Program-made: the position numbers and the translations under genes
NCBI GenBank assembly: GCA_038245905.1
Contig: JBBRRY010000018.1
Location: forward strand, 10,757 to 74,756
Reading direction: 5' to 3'
Length of the DNA stretch: 64,000 nucleotides
From: Thermoanaerobaculia bacterium
GTDB lineage: Bacteria > Acidobacteriota > Thermoanaerobaculia > UBA5066
Part shown: in pieces, positions 40,942-50,841 of the stretch
Layout of the letters: every line of letters begins with the position of its first letter
Numbering within the stretch: position 1 is the stretch's first letter
The notes under the pieces: generated by a model
Databases searched by the model: none
The model's input: the letters and a program-made list of their open reading frames with translations, nothing else
Told to the model about the DNA's origin: nothing

Positions 40942-41337
40942 TCAGTCGATCGTCACTTCCCCCGGCTCGTCTTCTTCGTCGTCCGACGGATTTCGTATTC
41001 CCGTCGAATTTTCGGCCACCCATTTCACGAAGGCGGGATCGGCATGGTCCGCGGGGAAGCCGAGGATTTCGGCCAGCTCATAGGCGTTCAGCTCCTTCAC
41101 GATGGCCCGAACGCGCTCGAAGTTCTCCGGTACCGTCTTGACCATGAGCAGGAGCTCGCCCTCGTCCCGGACCTTTCCCTTCCACCGGAAGACCGACCTC
41201 ACTCCGGGCAGGATGTTCACGCAGGCCACGAGCCGGCTGTCGACGAGGTGGTGGGCGATGTCGAGGGCCTGTTCCTCCGTGCCGACGGACGTCACGACGA
41301 CGAGGACCGACGGAGCGGCTTTCGCGGGGTTCTTCAC
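40942..41337 (-). CDS. cutA: Divalent-cation tolerance protein CutA
   Basis: LVACVNILPG, SVFRWKG, YELAEI. Confidence 0.9.
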   Translation of the reverse strand: MKNPAKAAPSVLVVVTSVGTEEQALDIAHHLVDSRLVACVNILPGVRSVFRWKGKVRDEGELLLMVKTVPENFERVRAIVKELNAYELAEILGFPADHADPAFVKWVAENSTGIRNPSDDEEDEPGEVTID

Positions 41338-41385
41338 GCGAAACAAGGTACGGGAGGCCCGGCGCGGCGTCAAGCGAGGGGCGGG

Positions 41386-42069
41386 TCAGTCCCTCGTCAC
41401 GTCCTCGAGAGCCTGGAAGTCGGGAATCGAGAATCCCTCCGGGCCGGTGATCACGACGTTTTCCTTTCCCCAGCGGCTCATGACCCGGATCGCGGACTCG
41501 ACCGTGGTCGCCGTCAGGTCCGCAATGTCCTGGCGGGAGAGAACGAGCGGAATGGTGGCGCCCGCGCCCTCGCGATGGCCCACGCGTGCCGCGAGCATGA
41601 GAAGAAGCCGCGCAATGCGCTTCTCGACAGAGCCCGTCAGGTCCGCGAGCCGCCGTGAGATTTCGAACTGCCGCAGCATCAGCCCCTGAAGAAGCCGTCG
41701 CGTCATTTCGGGATGGCCGTCGATCGTCGCGAAGAACTCCTTCTCCGGAACACGCAGGATCGTGGAGGGCTCGAGGGCGACGGCCGAGGCCGGGAATCGT
41801 TTCCCTTCGAAAAGCGCGACCGCTCCGATCGGCTCGCCGATGCCGAAGAGCCCGAGGATCACGTCACGTTCCGGCGCCGCCTTCACGATCTTCACGCGGC
41901 CGATCACGACGAAGCAGAGGTCGGTCGCCGCCTCCCCCTCGCGAAAGACCTCCTCGCCCTTCTCGTAGACGGCGACTCGTGAGACGGGGGCCAGGAGCTT
42001 TCGCTCCTCGGCGTTGAGGCACTGAAACAGCGGAACGGCGTCGAAGTGGGGAAGAGCGGCGCCGGACAC
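41386..42069 (-). CDS. Crp/Fnr family regulator (DNR/NnrR-like, no Fe-S Cys cluster)
   Basis: cNMP-type domain FREGE..GRVKI; HTH LSRQDIADLTATTVESAIR. Confidence 0.9.
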   Translation of the reverse strand: MSGAALPHFDAVPLFQCLNAEERKLLAPVSRVAVYEKGEEVFREGEAATDLCFVVIGRVKIVKAAPERDVILGLFGIGEPIGAVALFEGKRFPASAVALEPSTILRVPEKEFFATIDGHPEMTRRLLQGLMLRQFEISRRLADLTGSVEKRIARLLLMLAARVGHREGAGATIPLVLSRQDIADLTATTVESAIRVMSRWGKENVVITGPEGFSIPDFQALEDVTRD

Positions 42070-42093
42070 GGCCGGAGCATAGAACGCCCCCGG

Positions 42094-43455
42094 TCAGGAG
42101 GACCGGGCAGGCAGCGCCAGCGGCGAAACGGCAGGAGCGGCCGAACGGGCGCCACGCGGCCGGAGCGTCGCGACGAGGACGTGGGCCCAGAGGAGGAGCC
42201 CGGCCGTCGCGAAGATTCCGGTGGTCCCGACGAGGCGGTACAGGGGCAATCCGCCAAGGCCCAGCGCGACGGGGATCTGCAGCGCGCGGAGGACCGCCGC
42301 CGCGCAAACGAGCGCGAGCGCGAATTGCGCTTCCCGTGGACGCGCGAGAGCGCGGCCGGTGAAGGCGGGGACGAGGCGCAGGCTCATCGCGAGGATGAGC
42401 AGCGTCAGGAACCCGATCGTATAGACGTGGCGCGCGCCGTCCCAGATGAACTTGTGGACGGAGGCGCCGGACAGCTCTCCGAGACAGGCGGAAACCGAGA
42501 GCGCTGCGAAGAGGCCCAGAAAGGCGAACGGCGTGCGGAGCGCGAGCAACCCGCGAGATCCGGGAGGGCCGGCGTTCAGCGCGAGAATCCGGCTCGCCGA
42601 GAGGAACAGGAAGATCGCCCCCGCGAGGAGGAGCGTCCCGGCGAGCGTCAGCGCACGCGAGGTGGCGGCCGCCGGACCCGGAATCCACGCGGCGCCGAGA
42701 AGGAGAACGCCAACTCCCTGCAGCATCGCGACGGCCCGGGCGCTGCGGGCTGAAGGGCGAGGCAGTCCGAGGAACGCCGGAACCATTCGCGACGCGAACC
42801 CGAACACCCACGAGAGGACGAATCCGTAGGCGGCGATCGCGTAGAACGGCTCGAGGAGGGCGGCGGGAATCTCGGACTCGACGTGGCCGGCGAGGAACGC
42901 GGCCTGCGCCGCGGACAGAGCTGCGGCTGCCACGGCCCAGGCGGTTCCGAGGAGAATGTGCAGAGAGAGCGGATCGGCAGTGGCGCCGCGCCGCGTGAGT
43001 ACCGGAAACGCCCAGCCCGTGAACGCGAAGACTCCGGCCAGCTCCAGCGCTCCCGAGAGCAGGGAGAGAAAGCGGCCGATCGCCCAGGGTGCCAGCGGCT
43101 GTCCGATCGCGCGCAAGAGGGCGCCGCCTCCGACGCCGATGAGCACCGCGAGGAGCACCTCGCGGGACGGAGGTGCGGCCCCGAAGATGCGCGGGATGGC
43201 CTGGAGCGCGACCCCGAGGATGAAAAGACCGGCGAAGCCGACGAGCTGGACGTGCGCGTGGACCTGAAGATGCGACGGTAGAACGGTCCCGGTCGCGAAC
43301 GCCATGCGCCAGATCGCCCAACCACCCATCGACACGCCGAGCGTCACGGCGAGCGTCAGCGCCGTGAAGACGAAGCTCGGAAAGAGGTTTCGGGGCGCCG
43401 GGGAGTTTCCGGGGGCGCAGGCGCTGCAACAGGGGACGGTCGGGGAGTGGGCCAT
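42094..43455 (-). CDS. NnrS family membrane protein
   Basis: HAHVQLVGF, ASRMVPAF, RHVYTIGF; many TM helices. Confidence 0.78.
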   Translation of the reverse strand: MAHSPTVPCCSACAPGNSPAPRNLFPSFVFTALTLAVTLGVSMGGWAIWRMAFATGTVLPSHLQVHAHVQLVGFAGLFILGVALQAIPRIFGAAPPSREVLLAVLIGVGGGALLRAIGQPLAPWAIGRFLSLLSGALELAGVFAFTGWAFPVLTRRGATADPLSLHILLGTAWAVAAAALSAAQAAFLAGHVESEIPAALLEPFYAIAAYGFVLSWVFGFASRMVPAFLGLPRPSARSARAVAMLQGVGVLLLGAAWIPGPAAATSRALTLAGTLLLAGAIFLFLSASRILALNAGPPGSRGLLALRTPFAFLGLFAALSVSACLGELSGASVHKFIWDGARHVYTIGFLTLLILAMSLRLVPAFTGRALARPREAQFALALVCAAAVLRALQIPVALGLGGLPLYRLVGTTGIFATAGLLLWAHVLVATLRPRGARSAAPAVSPLALPARSS

Positions 43456-43470
43456 GAGTGCTCCGAATGA

Positions 43471-43513
43471 AAGGTAACCCTCCGCCGGCCCCGTCCTATA
43501 TGACCGCCGTCAT
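43471..43513 (-). promoter_or_regulatory. Class II Crp/Fnr-type promoter of the NnrS operon
   Basis: Palindrome ATGAC-CGCC-GTCAT (43500-43513) about 42 nt upstream of the start inferred from -10 TACCTT (43471-43476). Confidence 0.55.
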
Positions 43514-43567
43514 CCTGCGATGAAGTCTCACGGCGGACGCCCGCCCGTTCGTGGTTAACATCCACGG

Positions 43568-44902
43568 ATGAAACCTGGCGGGCCCGCCAACGAGGCGCTT
43601 TACCGCGGGCTTTTCGAGGCTGCGGCGGACGCGATGCTCGTCGTCGACGCGGCCGGCGAAATCGTTCTCGTGAACGCGGCGGGCGCGGCCCTCCTCGGCG
43701 CGGCTCCGGAGTCGCTGACCGGCCAGCACATCGACGCCTTCGTGCCGGCTCGTTTCCGCGACCACGGAAAGCAGCGTGCGGACTACGGCGCCCGGCCTAA
43801 GGCACGTCGGATGGGAAGCAGCCTCGACCTCCTCCTCCGCCGCGCGGACGGGCGCGAGGTCGCAGTGGACATCTCGCTCACCCCGGTGACGGTCGCCGGA
43901 CAGATGCTGGTGGCCTGTGCGATCCGTGACCTGAGCGGACGACCGGAAGTCTCCGAGAGCCTTCGCGTGCAGGCGACCGCGCTCCGGTCCGCCGCCAACG
44001 GCATCGTCATCACGGACCGCGCGGGTACGATTACATGGGTCAACCCCGCCGCCTGCGCGATCACGGGGTATGCGTCCGACGAGCTCATCGGCCAGCACAC
44101 CCGCATCCTGAAGTCGGGCCGCCACGGCAGCACCTTCTACGCGGATCTCTGGAAGACCGTCCTCCGCGGCGACACGTGGTCCGGGACGATCGTGAACCGC
44201 CGCAAGGACGGATCCGAGTACCACGAGGAGCAGACGATCGCTCCGGTCGTCGACGAGGCCGGCGGAATCACGCACTTCATCGCGATCAAGCAGGACGTCA
44301 CCGAGCAACGCCGCGTCCAGGAGGCGCTCGCGCGCGCGAACGAGGCGCTCGCGGCGCAGGTCATGAAAATCGAAGTCCTGAACGGAAGGCTTCGCGAACA
44401 GGCTGTCCGCGATCCGCTCACCTCCCTCCACAACCGGCGCTACCTCGACGAAACGATCAATCGCGACATGGCGCGCGTGAGCCGCGGGGGCCTGCCGCTC
44501 GCGGTGGCGGCGCTCGACCTCGACCGCTTCAAGGAGATCAACGACACCCATGGCCACGCGGCCGGCGACCAGGTGCTCCGCCGGATGGCGGACGTCCTCC
44601 GGCTGCACGTGCGCGCCTCGGATCTCGTGTGCCGATCCGGCGGCGAGGAATTTGTCGTCGTGATGCCGGGCGCCACGCTTCCCGCAGCCCTCGCGAGCGC
44701 CGGGAGGTGGCGGGTTACGTTTGCGAGCGAGCTCATCTCCGTGCGCGAGGGCGTCTCCGTCTCATGCACCGTATCGATCGGCGTCGCACTTCACCACAGC
44801 CGGAAGGAGACGTTCGACGCCTGCCTCGAACGCGCGGACGCGGCGCTCTACGCGGCCAAGCGCTTCGGCCGCGACCGCGTCGTCAGCGCGGAGGTCGAAT
44901 AG
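43568..44902 (+). CDS. PAS-PAS diguanylate cyclase
   Basis: Two PAS domains; DPLT..NRR, DLDRFKEINDTHGH, RASD I-site, GGEEF. Confidence 0.93.
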   Translation: MKPGGPANEALYRGLFEAAADAMLVVDAAGEIVLVNAAGAALLGAAPESLTGQHIDAFVPARFRDHGKQRADYGARPKARRMGSSLDLLLRRADGREVAVDISLTPVTVAGQMLVACAIRDLSGRPEVSESLRVQATALRSAANGIVITDRAGTITWVNPAACAITGYASDELIGQHTRILKSGRHGSTFYADLWKTVLRGDTWSGTIVNRRKDGSEYHEEQTIAPVVDEAGGITHFIAIKQDVTEQRRVQEALARANEALAAQVMKIEVLNGRLREQAVRDPLTSLHNRRYLDETINRDMARVSRGGLPLAVAALDLDRFKEINDTHGHAAGDQVLRRMADVLRLHVRASDLVCRSGGEEFVVVMPGATLPAALASAGRWRVTFASELISVREGVSVSCTVSIGVALHHSRKETFDACLERADAALYAAKRFGRDRVVSAEVE

Positions 44903-45021
44903 CGAGGGGCGCCCCATCGAAAGAGCAGCACTGGCGGCGAGAAGGAAGCGCGGACGGATCTGGTTCATGGGACCTCCGTTCGGTCTGGCGCCGGCACTCT
45001 ACCGCATGGGTTCTCCTTAGC

Positions 45022-45040
45022 GTATATGTCTGATATATAC
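45022..45040. promoter_or_regulatory. Probable BrnA operator overlapping the -10 box
   Basis: GTATAT-N7-ATATAC palindrome overlapping TATACT. Confidence 0.55.
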
Positions 45041-45047
45041 TCAGTTG

Positions 45048-45356
45048 GTGACAGGCTCCGATCCCCTGGAGGACTGTACCGGGTTTGATTGGGACGATGG
45101 AAGTGTCGAGAAGAGCTGGATCCGCCACCGTGTCGCATTCTGGGAGGCCGAAGAGGTCTTTTTCAACGAGCCTCTCGTCGTCGCGACCGACCGGTCGCAT
45201 GCCGCCGGGGAGCCGCGCTATTTCTCGCTCGGTCGATCTGATTCCGGGCGCAGGCTCTTCCTGTGTTTCACCGTCAGGCGTTTCCTGATTCGCATCATTT
45301 CGGCTCGCGACATGACGCGCAGAGAGGCTTCGACATATGAGCATTCAAAAGCGTAA
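45048..45356 (+). CDS. brnT: BrnT toxin
   Basis: GFDWD..H..EAEEVF, EPRY, RIISARDM. Confidence 0.88.
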   Translation: MTGSDPLEDCTGFDWDDGSVEKSWIRHRVAFWEAEEVFFNEPLVVATDRSHAAGEPRYFSLGRSDSGRRLFLCFTVRRFLIRIISARDMTRREASTYEHSKA

Positions 45357-45627
45357 GCAGATCCCCTCGTTCGCTTCCGAAGAAGCGGAACGCATCTTCT
45401 GGGCCTCTCACGACTCGACCCAGTATGTCGACTGGGCAAAGGCCCGTCGTCCGTTCTTCCCGGCCCTCCGGCCCACGCTTCGGACGATCTCGCTGCGACT
45501 GCCCGAATCGATGATCGGGCAGCTCAAGGTCCTTGCGAACAAGCGCGATGTGCCCTATCAGTCGCTTCTGAAACAGTTCCTCGCCGAGCGGCTGCAACGG
45601 GAGATCACCAAAGCCTCCAGCGGCTGA
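45337..45627 (+). CDS. brnA: BrnA/CopG-type antitoxin
   Basis: IPSFASEEAERIFW, ISLRLP..ANKRDVPYQSL. Confidence 0.85.
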   Translation: MSIQKRKQIPSFASEEAERIFWASHDSTQYVDWAKARRPFFPALRPTLRTISLRLPESMIGQLKVLANKRDVPYQSLLKQFLAERLQREITKASSG

Positions 45628-45663
45628 GAGACCTTGCCCTCGACCTTCAGCCGCGCACTGGGG

Positions 45664-45780
45664 CTACATGGCGACCGGCGTCGACAGCGACGCGACATTG
45701 AAAGCGAACAGCGAAGGCTTCGCGAACCTCGCGCTTCGCGTGCGCCGGCTCTCCGGTGCGCACGCGGCAGTCGTCTTCAT
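45664..45780 (-). CDS. Putative 38-aa small protein
   Basis: GGAGG-5 nt-ATG; MKTTAACAPESRRTRSARFAKPSLFAFNVASLSTPVAM. Confidence 0.35.
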   Translation of the reverse strand: MKTTAACAPESRRTRSARFAKPSLFAFNVASLSTPVAM

Positions 45781-45832
45781 GAATTCCTCCAGGGGCTTCC
45801 GATGGCTGAGACCTTGCTCTCGCGCAAGTAGC

Positions 45833-46462
45833 TCAGAGCTCCCTGACGATCGCCTTCCTCTTCTCCTGATACTCGGCTTCCGAGAGCACGCCGGTCTTGA
45901 AGAGGCGCTCGGCCTCCTTCAGGCGCGCCTCGACGGATGCTCCGCCGGCCGCGGACGGCGCCGCGGACGCCCCGAGGCCGTCGTTCCCGCCGCGCGGCCG
46001 TCCGGACGTGAACAGCACGTTGCGGAATTTCTCCGGGTGGAGGATGCGCGGGAAGACGACGGTGCTGTCGCTCCCGGCCGTCTGGATCTCCACGTCTCCG
46101 TAGGACAGCCAGCGCCCGCCCAGCGTCGAATGCACGTTCACGTCCTGGATCTTCTCCAGCGGGATCTGCCTCACGGACCTCTCGAGGACGCCTGTCTTAC
46201 GGATCACGCGGAACGACGTCACCGCGAACTCGTCGAAGGAGTCCGCGAGCCATCGCCACGCCATCGCCGCGAGCCCGAGGACGACGAGGATGCCGCCTGC
46301 GGCCAGAGGGATGACGTTCCCGGGATCCAAGGCCTGACCCGCGGCGGCGGCGACAACTCCGAAGACGGCTACCGCGGCCGCGGGCACGAACCGAACCCAG
46401 TGATAGCGGGGCTGGAGCAGCACCTCTTCGCCCGGCATGAGGTTCTTCTCGACGTACGACAT
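45833..46462 (-). CDS. Bacterial PH-domain membrane protein with SHOCT tail
   Basis: MSYVEKNLMPGEEV, YGDVEIQTAG, GVLSEAEYQEKRK. Confidence 0.82.
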   Translation of the reverse strand: MSYVEKNLMPGEEVLLQPRYHWVRFVPAAAVAVFGVVAAAAGQALDPGNVIPLAAGGILVVLGLAAMAWRWLADSFDEFAVTSFRVIRKTGVLERSVRQIPLEKIQDVNVHSTLGGRWLSYGDVEIQTAGSDSTVVFPRILHPEKFRNVLFTSGRPRGGNDGLGASAAPSAAGGASVEARLKEAERLFKTGVLSEAEYQEKRKAIVREL

Positions 46463-46490
46463 CTACAGCCCCTTCACGGCGGAAAAGAGA

Positions 46491-49400
46491 CTACTCCTTC
46501 GGCTTCTCCGCCGGACGCTCCATCTCCTCGGCCGTCGTCGCGAGGCGGCGGGTCACGATGAACTTGAAGAAAAGCGGAATGAAGAAGACCGCGAGGCCGG
46601 TCGCCGCGAGCATGCCGCCCATGACGCCCGTGCCTACGGACTTGCGCGCGCCGGCGCCCGCGCCCGTCGAGACGGCCAGCGGCAGGACGCCGAGGATGAA
46701 GGCGAGGGACGTCATGAGGATCGGCCGGAACCTCAGTCGCGCCGCCTCGAGCGCGGCGGCCGCGGGATGCCAGCCCTGCTGCCACTTCATGAGCGCGTAC
46801 TCCACGATGAGGATCGCGTTCTTGGCCGCGAGGCCGAGGAGCGTGACGAGCCCGATCTGGAAGTACACGTCGTTCGTGAAGCCGCGCAGGTTGACGGCGA
46901 CGAGCGCCCCGAACGTCCCGAACGGCAGCGCGAGGAGGACGGAGACGGGCAGCGTCCATCTCTCGTAGAGCGCCGCGAGGATCAGGAAGACCATGATCGC
47001 GCCCGCGCCGAGCGCAAGGCCGGAGCTGCCCGACGAGCGCTTCTCCTGGAACGACGAGCCCGTCCAGTCGAACGTGAAACCCGGCGGGAGCGACGCCTTC
47101 GCGACTTTCTCGACGGCCGCGAGCGCCTGCCCCGAGCTGACGCCGGGCGCACCGGCGCCGAAGAGCTTCACGGCGGGGAGGTTGTTGTAGCGGTCGAGGC
47201 TGTCGGGACCCGAGCTGAACTGGACCTTCGCGAAAGCCGAAACGGGCACCATCGCGCCCGTCTTGCTCCGCACGTACATGCGGCCGATGTCTTCCGGACG
47301 CTTCCGGTATTGCGCGTCGGCCGACATGAGGACCTGCCACGCGCGGCCCGACTTGTTGAAGTCGTTCACGTAGTAGCTCCCGAGCGTCGCGGCGAGCGTG
47401 TTGAACGCCTCGTCGAGGGGCACGCCGAGCGCCTTCGCCTGCTCGCGGTCCACGTCGACGTAAAGCTGCGGCGTCGCGGCGCGCCAGAGCGTGTTGACGA
47501 GCCCGAGCTGTTTTTCCCCGTGCACCGCGCCGAGGAACGCGCCGAGCGCCTGCGCGAGCTGCTTCGGCCCGCCGTCGCCCTTGTTCTGGATGTACATCTC
47601 GAAGCCGCCCGTATTCCCGAGGCCGAAGATCGCCGGCGGGTTGAAAGCGAGGACGAGCGCTTCCTTGATGCCCGCGGTCTTCCCGAAAAGCTCGCCCACG
47701 AGCGCCGTCACGGGGACCTTCCGCTTCTCCCACGGCTCCTGCACCACGAACATCGTCGCCGCGCTGTTCTTGTAGCCGCCGCCCAGGAAGTCGAAGCCGG
47801 TGAAGGCGATGATGTCCTTGTTCGCCGGGTTCGACCGGATCGCCGCGACGACCTGGGACACGACGCGGTCGGTCCTCTCGAGCGACGCACCGTCGGGCAG
47901 GTACACCGCCCCGATGTAGTAGCCCTGATCCTCGTCCGGCACGAGGGACGTCGGGGTCGTCTTCCAGAGGACGGCCGTGACGGCGACCATGACGAGGAAG
48001 ACGACCGCCGCGACGCTCGACCGCCGGAAGAGGACGCGGACGCCGCCGATGTAGCGCGTCGTCACGCGGTGGAACCAGTCGTTGAACCACGTGAAGAAGC
48101 GCCCCGTCTCCTTGTGCTCCCGCTTCATGATGAGGACGCAGAGCGCCGGCGTCAGGACGAGCGCCGCGACGCCCGAGAGGACGACCGAGATCGAGATCGT
48201 GATTGCGAACTGCCGGTAGAGCTCTCCGGTCAGTCCCCCGAGGAACGCGATCGGCACGAACACGGCGCAGAGAACGAGAACGATCGCGACGACCGGCCCG
48301 CTCACCTCTTCCATCGCCTGGATCGCTGCGTCGCGGGCGGACGCGTGCGTCTCGTGCATGATTCTCTCGACGTTCTCGAGGACGACGATCGCGTCGTCCA
48401 CGACGATGCCGATCGCGAGCACCATTCCGAAAAGCGTCAGCGTGTTGATCGAGTAGTGGAGGGCGTAGAGCCCCGCGAACGTCCCCAGGAGCGACATGGG
48501 GACCGCGACGACGGGGATGAGCGTCGCGCGCCAGTTCTGCAAGAAGAGGAACACGACGAGAAACACGAGGACGATCGCCTCGAGGAGCGTCTTGACGACC
48601 TCCGTGATCGAAACCTCCACGAAGCGCGTCGTGTCGAACGCGATCCGGTACGAGAGCCCCTTCGGGAAGCTCTCGGCGAGCCGGGCCAGCGTGCGGGTCA
48701 CCTCGTCGCCCACGGCGAGCGCGTTCGAGCCGGGCTGCAGGAAGATGCCGATGAGCGTTGCGGGCTTTCCGTTGATGCGGCCGAGGAAGTCGTAGTCCTT
48801 CGCGCCGAGCTCCACGCGCGCGACGTCCTTGAGGCGCAGCGTCGTCCCGCCGCGGTTCGAGCGGAGGATCACGTTCTCGAACTCCTCGGGAGTCGAGAGG
48901 CGGCCCTTCGTCGTGATCGTGTAGACGGTCTCCTGCGAGCCGCCCGTCGGCATCTGGCCGATTTTCCCGGCCGCGAACTGCGCGTTCTGCTCGTTGAGGG
49001 CGGCCGCGATGTCGCTCGTCGTGACCCCGAGCTGCGTCATGCGGTCGGGCTTGATCCAGATCCGCATCGCGTAGTCCTTCGCGCCGAAGATCTGGACGTT
49101 CGTCGTTCCGGGCACGCGCTTCAGGACGTCGAGCACGTTGAGCGTGACGTAGTTCGACGTGTAGATGTCGTCGAGGGACTCGTCCGGCGAGTAGAACGCG
49201 ACGACCTGCAGGAACGCCGACGAGCCCTTGAACACCGTGACGCCCTGCCGCCGCACTTCCTGCGGCAGCTTCGCCTCCACCTGCTTGACGAGGTTGGAGA
49301 CGTCGACGGAGGCCTGGTCGATGTTCGTGCCGATCTCGAACGTGACCGTGATCGTGAGGAGGCCATTGCCGCTCGACGTCGAGGCCATGTACATCATGTG

Positions 49401-49622
49401 CTCGACGCCGTTGATCGCGTTCTCGAGGAGCGCGGCCACGGTCTGCTCCAGGACCTCGGCCGACGCGCCCGGGTACACCGCGACGACCTGCACGACCGGC
49501 GGCGCGATCTCGGGATACTGCGCGATCGGCAGGTTGCGCATCGCCGCGAGGCCGGCGAGCGTGATGAAGATGGAAAGGACGAACGCGAAGACGGGCCGGT
49601 CGATGAAGAAGCGCGAGATCAT
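46491..49622 (-). CDS. RND multidrug efflux permease (AcrB/MexB family)
   Basis: FFIDRPVFA, YAMRIW, GIVVDDAIVV, KNAILIVE, RFRPILMTS. Confidence 0.96.
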   Translation of the reverse strand: MISRFFIDRPVFAFVLSIFITLAGLAAMRNLPIAQYPEIAPPVVQVVAVYPGASAEVLEQTVAALLENAINGVEHMMYMASTSSGNGLLTITVTFEIGTNIDQASVDVSNLVKQVEAKLPQEVRRQGVTVFKGSSAFLQVVAFYSPDESLDDIYTSNYVTLNVLDVLKRVPGTTNVQIFGAKDYAMRIWIKPDRMTQLGVTTSDIAAALNEQNAQFAAGKIGQMPTGGSQETVYTITTKGRLSTPEEFENVILRSNRGGTTLRLKDVARVELGAKDYDFLGRINGKPATLIGIFLQPGSNALAVGDEVTRTLARLAESFPKGLSYRIAFDTTRFVEVSITEVVKTLLEAIVLVFLVVFLFLQNWRATLIPVVAVPMSLLGTFAGLYALHYSINTLTLFGMVLAIGIVVDDAIVVLENVERIMHETHASARDAAIQAMEEVSGPVVAIVLVLCAVFVPIAFLGGLTGELYRQFAITISISVVLSGVAALVLTPALCVLIMKREHKETGRFFTWFNDWFHRVTTRYIGGVRVLFRRSSVAAVVFLVMVAVTAVLWKTTPTSLVPDEDQGYYIGAVYLPDGASLERTDRVVSQVVAAIRSNPANKDIIAFTGFDFLGGGYKNSAATMFVVQEPWEKRKVPVTALVGELFGKTAGIKEALVLAFNPPAIFGLGNTGGFEMYIQNKGDGGPKQLAQALGAFLGAVHGEKQLGLVNTLWRAATPQLYVDVDREQAKALGVPLDEAFNTLAATLGSYYVNDFNKSGRAWQVLMSADAQYRKRPEDIGRMYVRSKTGAMVPVSAFAKVQFSSGPDSLDRYNNLPAVKLFGAGAPGVSSGQALAAVEKVAKASLPPGFTFDWTGSSFQEKRSSGSSGLALGAGAIMVFLILAALYERWTLPVSVLLALPFGTFGALVAVNLRGFTNDVYFQIGLVTLLGLAAKNAILIVEYALMKWQQGWHPAAAALEAARLRFRPILMTSLAFILGVLPLAVSTGAGAGARKSVGTGVMGGMLAATGLAVFFIPLFFKFIVTRRLATTAEEMERPAEKPKE

Positions 49623-49633
49623 GGGGAGCCCGC

Positions 49634-50812
49634 TCAGTTCCCGAGCGGCGACGGCTTCACCGGAGCGCCGGGGAAGAAGATGCGCGCGACGCCGTCGACG
49701 ATCACTTTGTCGCCCGCCTTCAGCCCCTTCCGGATCACCCAGGCGTTCTTCTCGTTCCCGGAAAGGCGCACCCATTCGCCGACCTCGACGGGATGCGGCT
49801 CGGCGACGGGTCCGGCCTTGCCTTCTCCAACCACGTAGACGAACTTGCCGGTGGGGGCGTCCTGCACCGCCCGCTGCGGAATCGCCATGGCCCCGGGCCT
49901 CTTCGCCCCCGCGAGAATGACCTTCACGAACTGCCCCGGCGCGAGCATCCCGTCCGCGTTCGGAAACGTGGCCCGGAGAGAGAAGCTGCCCGTCGCGGCG
50001 TCGGCCTTGTAGTCCTCGAAGTTCACCTTGCCCGTTGGGCCGAGCGGCGCGCCGTCGGACGACCGGAGACGAACGGCGAAGCCGCCCTTCGGCAGCGCGA
50101 GGGCGCCCGAGAGGGTCTCCGCCTTCCGCGTCCTCTGCTCGGCCTCGGCCACGCCGAAGTTCACGTCGATCGGATCCGTCTGCGCAATCGAGGTCAGCAG
50201 GCTGTCGCCCTGCGCGTTCGCGAGGCTCCCCTCCACCTTCAGCGCGCGCCCCGCCACACCCGCGAGCGGCGCCTTCACGTCCGTGTAGGCGAGTTCGATG
50301 CGGGCGGACGCGAGCCGGGCCTTCGCGGACTCGATCGCGGCATGCGCGAGATCCGCGTTCGAGAGCGCGTCGTCGACTTCCTTGGGGCTCACGACCTTCT
50401 TCTGGCCGAGGAGCTTGTAGCGCTCGAGATCCCGCGCCGCCTGCCTGTCGCGCGACTCGGCCTGGGCGAGGTCGGCCTCGGCAACGTTGACCTGCGCCTG
50501 GAAGGTCCTCGGGTCGATCTTGAAGAGCGTCTGACCCGCGGCGACGCGGGAGCCCTCGGTATAGAGCCGCTGCTGGATGATCCCGGTGACCTGCGCGCGC
50601 ACCTCGACCTCGCGCGAGCCTGCAACCTGCCCCACGTACTCGAACTCCACGTCCACGTCCTTCGGCTCGGCGACGACGAACGCCACGTCGGTGGGCGGCG
50701 GTCCGGGGGGAGGGGCGCTCTTGCCCTTGCACCCGGACAACGCGAGAGGAACGACGAGGGCTGCGGTGATGAGGGGGGCGACGAGGACGGCGGACTTGAG
50801 ATGGGTTCGCAT
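49634..50812 (-). CDS. RND membrane fusion lipoprotein (AcrA/MexA family)
   Basis: Lipobox LSGC, VEVRAQVTG, LFKIDP, VKAPLAG. Confidence 0.93.
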   Translation of the reverse strand: MRTHLKSAVLVAPLITAALVVPLALSGCKGKSAPPPGPPPTDVAFVVAEPKDVDVEFEYVGQVAGSREVEVRAQVTGIIQQRLYTEGSRVAAGQTLFKIDPRTFQAQVNVAEADLAQAESRDRQAARDLERYKLLGQKKVVSPKEVDDALSNADLAHAAIESAKARLASARIELAYTDVKAPLAGVAGRALKVEGSLANAQGDSLLTSIAQTDPIDVNFGVAEAEQRTRKAETLSGALALPKGGFAVRLRSSDGAPLGPTGKVNFEDYKADAATGSFSLRATFPNADGMLAPGQFVKVILAGAKRPGAMAIPQRAVQDAPTGKFVYVVGEGKAGPVAEPHPVEVGEWVRLSGNEKNAWVIRKGLKAGDKVIVDGVARIFFPGAPVKPSPLGN

Positions 50813-50841
50813 CGCGGGGGCGAATGGTACCCGAGTGCCGT

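Noticed and set aside
46491-50812. RND pump without an outer-membrane factor gene
   Set aside because: TolC-like partners are often encoded elsewhere
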